Shown here in pieces: positions 15,201-27,200 of a DNA stretch of 64,000 nt. This DNA comes from Balanoglossus misakiensis (taxonomy: Eukaryota; Animalia; Hemichordata). The translations under genes and the position numbers were made by a program. The notes beneath the pieces are model-generated. The model was not told where the DNA came from. It worked only from the letters and a program-made list of their open reading frames with translations, and searched no databases. Numbering within the stretch: the stretch's first letter is position 1; each line of letters opens with the position of its first letter. Location of the stretch: contig CM082591.2 of assembly GCA_040954595.2 (NCBI GenBank), positions 4,697,957 through 4,761,956 on the forward strand, written 5' to 3'.

Positions 15201-18200
15201 GCCATTGAAGCCATGTGAAGCCCTTGGAATGGCTTTGGCCTTGTTAATATTTTTGAAGTCCTTCATGCTTGTGAACACGTCTGCCTTTAATATAGCGGAC
15301 AATTTACACGTCTGGGCTTCAAAAACTGCTTTAGAAATTGTACCGGCTGTTTTATGACGAAGCATACACCCAGAAGATCAACAGGACTCATTTTAATTTT
15401 AAACTCTTCTTCTTTTTTTAGGAGAGAAAAAGACATACGGCTGAAGTCAGCGAGTTGAACTCGATTCTTGACGGCAACTTGACCGCGCTAGAAAATCAAA
15501 ATGCAGAAAGACGAGCTAAAGCAAAGGTGAGATTTTTAGTTTTTTTCACAACAGTTTTTTTCCTGTTAATACATTGCATTTTTAAAAAGGGAATGTGTGT
15601 ATATTTTAGCAATAATTTTGGTTATTTGAATGGAGGAGTGCGTTTCGCTGCAGCTTGTAAAAAATGTACACAATTTAGCATTCTTAGGTCAGAGCAAATA
15701 TAATCGTGTAACTGGTCCATAAAGTTGCAAAGTGAAAGCGGGACTTTTGTTTGCTGTGGAACTGCGTCATTAAGAGAAAGTGGTTAAATATTGGGCATTG
15801 TGGAGAGGATTTGTAGAATTCCAGGGCTGGATATTGGAACAGGTGATATGGGTGTGTGTGTTGGGGGCCGGGGCCCCCCCAGCAACAGGTTTCCCCCCGT
15901 TGCTAAGCGTGCTCGCAGAGTTGTTGGATACAGTGGAAAGCTACATTTGAATTGGTGGATAAATATGGCGCAGTCATCTCATTAAAAGAGCGTGGCGTTA
16001 CAAGGAGGATGGCTGGGGCTGCTATTTAATGCCCTGAATGCAAACCTGTATGCTTGTCTTCCCCCCTCCCCCCTCTCGCAATTGTCTCAGCTCACAAAGC
16101 ACCTTGCATAACGATGTCAGCCGATGCACAATGCTGACACAAAGGAACGCCCTGTGTTTCAATTCAAAGGCGACAGAGAAAAAAAAATCCCCACTAAAGA
16201 ATTGAGAGCCTCCGGGGAATTGGGAGGAATTCAAAAAAGTCGGAAGCTGTGATTGAGACAATAATCAGCTGTCAATTGCCCGAATGCAAATTAACCTGAA
16301 TTAGTGAATACAATTAATCTGTTGGCACCGAATGAATTTTTCCGAACAGCGAAAAAAAAAAAAAATCTCACAGACTACACGGCAATCGAGCCGGGAATGT
16401 TGTTTTATTGGTTTAGCTGGAGTTTTTTGGAAGGGGTGTGAACTTGGATGGTTGAACTTCAAGCATCCTGTAGTTTGTGTGTCCACTGGTAACAAATTCC
16501 AGAATTTGCATTTTCTGTATGGTGGTGAATGTTGCGGTATCCGTTACGTAACGTTCCGCGTCAAAAGCAATTTGCCTTTTCTTGGAGGGAAGCACAAGCG
16601 TGGTAATTTATACATTGAGCTTGTTACGTATGCTTGCATACACACCAGTGTGCATGCCCACTTGAGTCTGAAATCGTTTGGTCCTTTTTCATTCATCGTC
16701 ACTTTTTTTGTTTGAATGGTACTGCTATTCAAATGCTAAGTCTGCTCTGTGGTAGGCAGCTCTCTGCTTTGCCAAAAAAAAACAAAAAAACGACAAGTTC
16801 AGAAAATGCAAGAGAGCTAATTGTCGTTCGTGTTGAAATTCCAACTGGACATGACTTCTGGCTACTTGTATTCTTGGTTGTTTTATTTGGAAAACTGCTC
16901 CAGGCGGTCCAGTCGGGTTGGCACAAATATTTGATGCAAGTTACGACCTGCTTTGCCCAATTAACACTTTTGAATGGAACAGCCGGGCATTGTTTTAAAA
17001 TTAAAACCAACGCTAATTAGGTTATTCTTCCGACTTCACCTCAGGTGAGAGTGGGGAGAGGTGTTGGTGGTCTTTTTATAAAGAGGTGAAATTTGGTCTG
17101 AATTTTGACCATGCTGGAAGGCATATATTTGCATATGCTTATTTGTGGCTTGATCATGTGACATTTGAATTAATTCATGATTGGTCGGATTTGCCAATGA
17201 GCAGTAGCCAAGTGTAAAATCACTGTCGTTCAAAGAGATGAGAAAAGTGGCCATAAATTTCATATTTTATGTCTATACCATTGCCTTGGAAATAAATTCT
17301 GAAATTTTGAATTTAAATACTCTCATTTAAACTGTGGTAAAAGAATTCACTGTTAAGAGTGCAAAAATTGTTTTGAGCATTGCATTTTAATATGTATACA
17401 GCCCTTTTTTCATTTCTACATATAATTTGTCCTCCAATAAATCGAGTCACAGAAAAAAGAACTTGATAGTTGTTGATTGTAGAATTCTTAAATCCTAACT
17501 GAAGTGTCTGAATGAAATTTCTTGTCTAATTTTCACCAACAGTGGGACAGGTACATGCTATGTGATGGGAGTCCGGACCCCACCATTCCGGGAGAGATCA
17601 ACACTTACATGAATCTGTGGAAGGAAGATGGAAGCAGAAATAACATAGAAGATGTTCTCAAGGAAAGCCAGCTGACACTCTCGGTAAGCGACAGAACTTG
17701 GTGACTAAGCGCTATTTGCAACACTATACATTTAATCTAATTTTGATAGCCAAAGTTATCCATAATTAGGTTGCCTACTTCAAGTAGTGATCAAACAGCT
17801 GACAAGGCATGTACGAAAGATGTTGATATTAATTGTATTCGACGTTTTGCTATTTTGCTTAAGTGATGAATTTGTGTGTGGACTTAGGCAGGAATTATCA
17901 TGTATAAAACACCCATAAGTATCAGTTGTATGATAAGTGCAGTGATAATATGGTTTGTCTCTCATTTGGTGCCAATGTTTGATTTTGGAATTTGTATCTT
18001 TGAGACGACAAGAAAATGCTTAGATTTTGTATGCACATCTAAAAGAAATGCAGATATATTTATTCAGTCTTCATTTCTTGCATAGAAAATATGTGTGATG
18101 AATGTCAGTTTCCTAATCTTGTGTGGTATAAATTTCGATAGCATAATACAAGAAAACTAAAAACCTGTCAGGGTCACATGGAAACACAAGTTCCTGATCA

Positions 18201-21200
18201 TTTAGTTTGTGTGTATAAACGTAACAAGATACACCTTCCCCATTCCCTTGCTTGCACAGGGAATCAGTAATCCTGATTCGACAAATATTTTCCCCATCAC
18301 TGGAACACGAAAACTGCATTTAATTTCCTCGAATGGAGGCAAGTCGGCGATCGCTGAACTGTGCTCGTTGAAAGAATCGTCCCGTTCTATTCAAGAAAAC
18401 CTGTTGGTTGGCTTCCTGTATTTCTCGTCGTATTTGAAAACCCCAGGATTTTTGTATTGGCGGATCAATAGTACACAATTTGTGACAATTGATCACTTTA
18501 CTGTGTAATTAAAGCCTGTTGAATGTACAGCTTCCCAATCTCCTGGCGGTTGGCCGTCATTTTTCGGGTGAATATCTGGCAAATATTGTAAATTGCTCGT
18601 ATTTCTGCGATGTACGTACAGTGTAGGCAAGAATCTGTTGATTGGAGTGACAATTTTCCTGTATTGGAAAATTTGATTTACTACACTATATCTATTTAAA
18701 TTCCACACCTCGTTTTCGTCGAATAATCTCAGAACGACACTCAGTCTTGATTTCATCTTTGCGATATTTACCACTTGGCGTTTTGATCGAGTAAATTTGG
18801 GGGGAGAATTTCTGAAGTGCAATTCTTAGCGGCTGAGGATGTGATTGGAAAGCGCGTAGCCAGATGGAACTTGTTCCCCTGGGTGGGTGTTTATCACATT
18901 AGCTTCAGTGGACCCCGATAATTCAATCTGTCAGCGACCAGGCAGAGTGTGAACGATGCGAAAATTGTATCGTACGACGCCACGCCACGCCAGGTTTCCG
19001 TACAATCATTATAGTATTCAGGGTCGCCATTATATTGAGTTCAAATACACTCCTCTGGCCAAACAGCCAATTTCACTGACATAAAAGATCATGTCCAACA
19101 AGTTCAAATCCACTTGAATGTAAAATGTACATTTAGGGGGATAGTAAATGCCATGGACGGCAACTGCAAATCCTACATTTTACAATTTTTAAAAACCTGA
19201 ATTTTCATGAAATTGGAAGACGTGCAACATTTCGATCGATCGTGTCATGTAAGCAAAAAATAACACATCTGAAGTATTTTTCCCCTGACCCTTGTGAGGT
19301 GTCAATTACTGTCACAAACAATGTCTATTGGTTGCCAGCACATGGTGCGCTGGGCAGAATTATTTTAATGATACCGAAATAGATTGAATCTGTGGCTGTT
19401 ACGTAATGCTTCTTTTATGCACGAATGGTTTCAGTGGTTAAGTGTCAGCCAGCGAGAGCTGTTTATAGTTACCCGTAGAATTTCTATCAAGCAGAGAGAG
19501 GTTTCATTTAAATTTAATTCCCAAAATCCCCACAGTCAGTATGTGTGTGTAAACTCCACATTGTAAATCAGTAATTTGATATTTAAAAAAAAAATATTCT
19601 GTAGCTTTTTCACATTATTTTGTATGTTTTTTTTTGTGGAAAATGATTAAATTGGGAATACAGAAATAATTTGCAATGACAGAAATATCCATATGTGTAT
19701 CATGTCAATGCCATCTGCTGTACGTGGTTAGGAAAGTATACAGAATAGCAAATCTGCCGTAGCCTGTCGCATCGCAAAAATACTGGTCTGCCACATATTG
19801 GGTATAGTCAACTGGGTTCCCAGCTGGGCATATGCTATTTGCTAAGATTCAGTACCCAGCCAGTTATCTAATATTTTGATTTTTTTTTATCTTTGAACAG
19901 TTGATTGAAGAGTTGGGATGCTTGCTGGACGACACGCCAGAGAAGGAGCTGGGTGAAAAAGATGTGGCCAATTACAAGCAGACGATTCTGGAAATGGAAA
20001 CGATACTGGCCGAGAAGTTGGATATTGCGACAGTCAGTCTACTGAAAGTAAGTTGAGACACTTGATTTAATTTCAAATAAAACCTATCTACAAGTGCAAG
20101 GACCCCTTCCATGTGTGAAGTATTAATTTTGCCGACCGACTGCTTTTATAGTCGCGTAATCACTTTTAACATCATGGGACCTTGCTTCTCTCCTCGGCTG
20201 CAACTGACATTCAGTCCACATTTCACGAAACTGCTTTGGAGTCGCTGAAACCGGTACAGGTTTTACACAGTTGTATCTACATGGATCGTGCAACCTTCAG
20301 TGTTCTTTGCGTGTTTGTTGTCCCTGATGGTGATGTCCTGAATTTGCAGACTGTCCATACCCCCATATCACTGCAACTTGGTTCCTACAGTGTTTTGAAC
20401 ATTGAAGTATTGCCTGCAGCATGTGTGCATGGAATAGCGTGAGAATGAAAGTAAGACTGCACCCACTACATACATGTAGAGGTCACTTGCTGTGAAACGA
20501 ATGGCATTGGAACTAAAGTTTTACCCTGGAGTGCCTTGCCTTGACCATTGTGACTGGTGATCCACAAACCTCCCAGTATCCCACTCTGACCCGTTTCACC
20601 ATGATTGCTTGTTCGAAATTCATCCTGTGGTGACTAGGCCCTCTCCACACAAGACCAGGTAAATGTGCTGTGCCCCCAAGTTGTGTGGTTGCTCAAAATC
20701 AGTCTTACAGTGGTCGTTCTTTTTTTTGTTGAATCGCGGAATTTTCTATCAGAAGGTACCTATTGGTGGCACGCCATCGCCAGCAGATGAAGAAGACATC
20801 ATGGATATTCTAATGGTATTTGCAATGTTCAGACTATTCCTTAATCTGAAAATTTCCTTTCCCATTCCACTGGAACATTCTCCTTGATCACTGCCTTGAG
20901 TTGACACTTGGTTTTCCAATGTCCAGATCATCCTGTCCAGAAGGTCCAGTTTGTCCTGCCCATATGGTTATCCTAGTGTTATCAACGCATGATGTTCTTG
21001 GCCACACTCTTTCTCAGTGTAAAGCAATGCACTGTTCCCCCACCTCTTCAGATACGCACACACACCATCTCATGGTGTGCAAATCTGTGATGGCTTGCTC
21101 GCAATTCAGAAAACTGAAAAGCAATATGGCAGTTTTGTCCCAACCGACTCCCAACTTGTCTAGTGTTCTAGACATCTCCTTGATCGGCATGTGATCCCAA

Positions 21201-24200
21201 ACCCAACAATCATGGCATTTGTGGTTCAGTTTATTCAAATGTGATTTTCCTATGGACCCCTTCTCCCCTGAACTTTTTGCCCATCCCCTACTTTTTCAAC
21301 CAGGTTTATTCCATTTACATTAAGATGCGGGTGAATCAGGGTAAGACTTGTACCATCTAATCGTATGGTGTGTTCAAGCATTGCTGCCTACCCATACAGT
21401 ACAGCTCATGTTTATATATTGACAACCACACATTTCAAAACTGTGAAATGATGGTACCACAGCTCTTTTCACAACTGTGGGATAATGTATAAGTAACTTC
21501 AAGTTTGCGAGGATTGGACTTGTTGTGTACACAGTGAAAGTGTTAACAGAGTTGTTCCACAAGCTTGCTTTGTGTCCATCACTGTTACAAAGATGTACCT
21601 CCAGTTGGAGAAATCAACCATGCAGCTAAAGAGCCTCAAGCCAGCTTTTTCACGGGCAAGAGATCAATGTATTTTACCTGGTAGTACTGGCATATGGACA
21701 TTGGTATGCGCAAAAACCCCAATGTTCATGTTCCCGTACACCCTGGTGAAATATATATAGCATAAACGCACATCCGCTGTTAACGGGCATTATCGAGTAT
21801 TGCGAAGCAGCTCATCAAGGCTTGTTGAAGACCAGACCTGCTTCATCGCTGTCATACATACTAGTTTGCTGTCAAATGGACAGTTCGTTCTTCGCTGTAT
21901 ATTTGAGTGATCTGCAAATTAATGGTTTACATGTACAATGTTAAGGATCTACATATTCAACTACAGTTGCCTTGTCATGAGATGCATTTGTCTTAAAAGA
22001 GTGTACATTTTTCACCTGTGAAGTTGCCACATAAAATATACAATAACTTTAAATTCATTGAACATTTCTTTTAACCTTTTCGAAGGAGAACTTTACACAT
22101 AACGTTTCTGAAAAAAACCACGACCACTTGTTCCTGAAAAATTAAAATTCTTACCAATGCCTTATAACTGCTTTAACATCTTAATGACTACAGTGTCCTA
22201 TAACTTTTCACTTTTCATTTATTGCTGGCCAACTTTAGAACCCAACACACGATGTAAGTTTTTTCAAATGGATTCCCCATGATGTGTGGTTTGCAGTGTT
22301 TTCGTATTGTCTGTATTATTAACAGGCTTTGTTTTATGTGATGTGATTTTGAAACCCACTTTGCAACGAGACTTGTGGGATTTCTCTAATAATGAAAACT
22401 TGTCTCGTGTGCGTTTATGTGCAACAGACAGGCTAGCCCCATGGCACTGCTGTGTGGAAATTGATTGAGAGTCGTGTGTTTTGGTTTGCCTAGTTAAAGG
22501 TATATGGTCACCTATGGATAATTAGTTATAGTTACCATGGTAACTTGAGATCTATGGAAAATTAGTTATAGTTACCATGGTAACTTGAAATCTAGCCAAT
22601 CGGGTATTTTCAGTGGGTGGCACACGCAAAAAAAACAGTGCCACCATACGTTCTTTAGAACTGTCAAATACGCCATTTCAGCTATGGGTGTATGTAAATT
22701 AGAGGTGACTGTATACCTTTAATCAAAAATGCAAATTTAGGGCATGGTGCAGTGTACCTGTTGCGTTACGTGTTCCAACAAGTGTTGTAATCTCTGTTGT
22801 GTTTTGCTTGTAGGATGCTGCTAGTATGGCTGATCAGGAGACGAGTAATCTTCAGTTGGTGAGGAGAAACGAGCAGATTCTGATGATGCTGTGGGGCAAT
22901 CTCAGCAAGAATCCCAGGTCAGTAGAGTTTCACTTGCATCATCACTTTCTCTCTAGAGTCCAAGCAACATCTGGGAAAAATCTTGCATGATCATTTGCGA
23001 CTGTGTCAAACAATACAGACAGACCAACTACCCCTTTCATCGTAATGATTTGGTCCAAATATATTGTGTTCTGTGTTAAAAAAAATTGGATCTCTGAAAA
23101 TTGGAGTGAAAGGCTTAAATAAGGCATTCCTATTTGACAAATGGTACATGTATCTTGTTGTAAAAACATGTCCAGACACCCCCTTTGCAATCATGGACCT
23201 TTTTAATTAAGAAAGGATTGTCAGATATATTTTTTAGTGAACCACCAGATATAACAATGTCCTTCCTTGTGTGCTCTACTTAACAGTCAATTGATAAAAC
23301 TCCAGCTGTGGAAGTTATTCGTTTAAAACTGAATATGTATTTTTTATTTTCTCAGATTCAAGACCTTTGAATTTGAAGATGAGAAGTTTGGCTTTGAACT
23401 GACCAAACAGCTGGCCTCTCTGGACATCGCCATTCGCATCATGCACACCAAGTACGATCATCTGTCGCATCACTGTCGCACGTTCTATCCAAAGAAGAAG
23501 AAGAAGAGGCCCCCTCCTCCACCCCCTGAGCCGGAACCGGTTCCAGAGGAGGAAACGGAGGAGGAAAAGAAGGAAGGGGAGGAGGAGAATGCCGAGGAGG
23601 AGGTTATTCCGGGAATGGAAGGTCTGACTTTGAAGCTGGAATCCGAGGTAAAGAAACAACATATGGATAAATTATTATGAATGAATCTTTGACGGGAAGA
23701 TTTTATGCACAGAGCAAATATCTATAGCACATTTGGATAACCAGAGGATTTACAAGTACTGAATGTTTTGTGTGTGTTTATTTTGCAACAGACTAATGTT
23801 GATGAGGAAGAGAAAAAAGAGGGAGAAGGTGAAAATGAAGAAAAGAAAGAGGAAGGAGATGAAGCCAAGAAAGAGGAGGAAACTGAACAAGGTACGAGAA
23901 GTTGATCTCTTGTGTTCAATCACTACTCGCGGAGAGAAAAAATCGAAAAGATGAAACTCGTAATTCAAACTCTCCATGGTACAGACTAAACCATGTGTGA
24001 GGAGTGTCTATAAGAAAGACGTGTATTCCTATGAACATGCTAACGCATGTGTATTTATTGGTACCGCTGTCACTTGACTTAATTATCATGCCACTATTCT
24101 CAATAGAATACTCTAGTTGTGCGCATGTGACAATTCATTCCAGAGTAGGCCTATTAGAGAGCTGCACAAAACGGTGACCTTGAACCTCAAGGACATTGTG

Positions 24201-27200
24201 GTGCTGTGTATTTGGTTTTCCACCCCAGCGAAATTGCTCGTACTTTTAGACGCTATTGAAATGCAGCAGCTGCAAATAAATGAAGTGACTTTGCGAGAGA
24301 ATAGAGCTCGGTTTATTAGAATCTATGAGCAGCAGTGATAGATGCCAGTGCTTTGACTCTTGACTGTGACATCAATATCTCTGCACCTGCCCTTCCCCTA
24401 AATAACTTGATTTATTTGACACACGTCCATCATTGGCTTTGACTCGATTCTTTGTGTCGTCAACAGCCCCAGTCGAGGAGGAGGAAGAAGAAGAAGAGGA
24501 AGAGATAGAAGAGGAGGAAGATGTTGTTGATCTTAGACAATATCAGCCACTTGGTGGCGTCGTCCACTTCGATCTGGTGCATCTGCCCCCACAGCCGAAA
24601 ACTGCCAAGGGTTGGTTGATGACACAAGGTATGTAGATGTAGATGTCATTAAAGTGAAACCTCTCTATTAGGGACACCTTCGGGAGCAGAAAAAAATATC
24701 CTTAATAGAGGTGTCCTGAATTGATGAATAAGTGATTCTAATCATAAATTGTCTTAAAAGATCTGTTCTTAATACGGCTGTGTCCTGATTAAGAGATTTT
24801 TTTTTTTTTTGCATTTTCATATAAGCTATTATCGAAATATTAGGAAGTATTCTCTTCTGATAAAAAGATCCAAGCATCTCTGAATCTGCAGTTAGACAAG
24901 TTTTGTAGATGTGGAGATTTTCTTTAATTCCACAAAAAGCAGTTTGGTTTCCTCAATGTAAAGTGTGTTGCCGTCGATTTCAATAGATGCTACTGTTGAG
25001 TATAGCCTGGTTCTAAGCAAGTGTGCTTGTATATTTTATCCAAACAGACGTTTCGGCTGAGCTGAAGAGAATGCCGTACCCGGGGAATGATGCCAAGCTT
25101 GGGCAGACGCTGTCGGGAACCCTACCCATGGGTCAGACTCTGGATCCCAAGGCCATTGCCAGCGCGGCTGCTGCTGCAGAGGCGTTGGGGGCGCCACCTG
25201 TAGGATTGAACTTCCGGTAAGTGTTTCATTAAAGGGACATTAGCTGTAAATTTTACCTGTATTTTCACTATCTCTGTGTATCAAATATAATTCTGTGCTT
25301 GACTCAAAACAGGATGATGCTCATACACCCAGTATCCTACTTGTCAACACAGCCTGTATGTGCGTAACAGACATTCAATCTTGCCCCCACCCCCACCTGT
25401 ATTGACACCCTTCCACCCCCACTCCCCTGTGGTATGGTCAGTCCTTGCTATTGAAAGCTAGTATGGTCAGTCCTTGGAATAGAAAGCTAGTGGGTCAAAC
25501 CACAAACTGGGGGACAGTCACCCTGGATTGAACTAAACATTTCACCGTCTTTTCACAGACTTCCAGATAATGTATTATTCAGTGAAGAACCCCAGATGGC
25601 TTACTGGTCGCCCGAGGGCAAACACTGGAGAATTGACGGATTTGCAGATATGAAATATGACGAAGGTAGGTTCCGCCCACACAGCCATGATCTTGCCACA
25701 TATATAGTCAGGAGAAATAAGCATCTCTTCAGGCTCATGTATCTTCTAATGAAACGGGAGCAACAGTGCCCTGTGGCGCTATTGTTATCTTGTGTTTTAA
25801 TACCCAGTTCTCTGAAGGTGAAACCAGTTTTAAGATAAAACAATGTATTGATAAATACAGAAACTGAGTTTGATGCTTGCTTCGTGTATGCACATGTTAT
25901 GAGGGGTATACAATCACCTAATTCAATGACCTGTGGGGGCACATTTTTTTTTCTAATGTGCCACGAGTGTTGTTCAACATGTTTGTATGATTGGCTTAGA
26001 GCAACTAACTTGTATGCAAAAAAAATCAGGCTCCAGAAATTTCTACAAACTTAAAATCTTAATTTTTTTTTTCTCGCAGAGAATCGCACAGTGGCCTTCA
26101 AGACCATCAACTTCGGGCCGCTGATCTGCACCCAGGACAGACACATCAACATGCCCTTCCAGAGCTGGGAGCTGAGACCCAAGCAGGCCAACCACGCCCT
26201 GCTGACCATCATCGCCGCCATTGTGGAGATCGAGATCGAGATCAAGGAGGGCCTGTGCTGCTTCCGACAACCGGAGGAGTCCGAGATCCGGCCGGAGTTG
26301 GAGAGCATCAAGGAAAAATGGGTGACTCCCAAAGAGCTTATCCAGGTATGTATAGTTTCCCCTTTCACCTCCATGGTTTGGTACAAGCACATTGTTTTCT
26401 GTGGTGAAGTTGGACCTCTATACGAAGTATGCTAACAACCTAAACTGGAAAAGACAACCACAACTTGCTAATACTTATAATACTGTAATTTATCAGTTTA
26501 ATTTGTCTGATATGACACGCAAAGCACGCAGAAATACCAAGTACACGATGGCTAAAATGCTTTTTAATCTTTTTTGTCCAGATGTTGTATTCTGCTGGAG
26601 TAAACTTGTTCCCAACAACTGAATCCAAGAAGTATGTCAGTATAAGTGAAAAGGTAAGTTTATCAATACTGTTCGAAATCTAGACGGTACCATGGCTGGC
26701 AGGTCATAACCTTTGACCCCTGACCCACTGGTGACCCATGTCGTTCAGTTTGCATCCAAGTCGTGTTCCAAAGGTTAAAATGATTGGACAATCCTACAAT
26801 CCTTAGTACTGTTTGCAGTGTGTTGGCCTGACAAGTGAAAATCTACAACTGACTAGAATATCAATGTGACAGTGGGGGTTTTCTTACATACAATTCTCGA
26901 TATTTTATTTTTTTAGGATGATGTGACTGAGGAAGGGGTGTACCAACAGATGGCCTTGACAGCGTCTCACTTCGCCTACTCTTGGAGTAAATGGAACGCT
27001 GAGTGTGGAAACGAGAAGATCGTAATCCAAGGGACAGAGTTGCTTCAAGACGAACCAGTCATTGAGGTGAGCACGACTATCCCCCAAATCGCTTATTTTA
27101 ACCCTAAATGTGCATTAATGTTTGTTTTATTAATTTGCTGAGTTGCAATAAAAAGCCGTAAAAAGTCCAGTAATTGTTAATTTCCCGTATTGCTGTAGTT

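Noticed and set aside
22512-22591. Direct repeats here and at 60399-60635 and 25432-25490 as CRISPR-like arrays
   Set aside because: Eukaryotic context, no unique spacers and no cas genes; these are simple tandem duplications.
23315-26392. Minus-strand ORFs overlapping DNAI7 exons (and similar ones over the TRIM and PACSIN genes)
   Set aside because: Antisense shadows of real coding exons, with no independent motifs.
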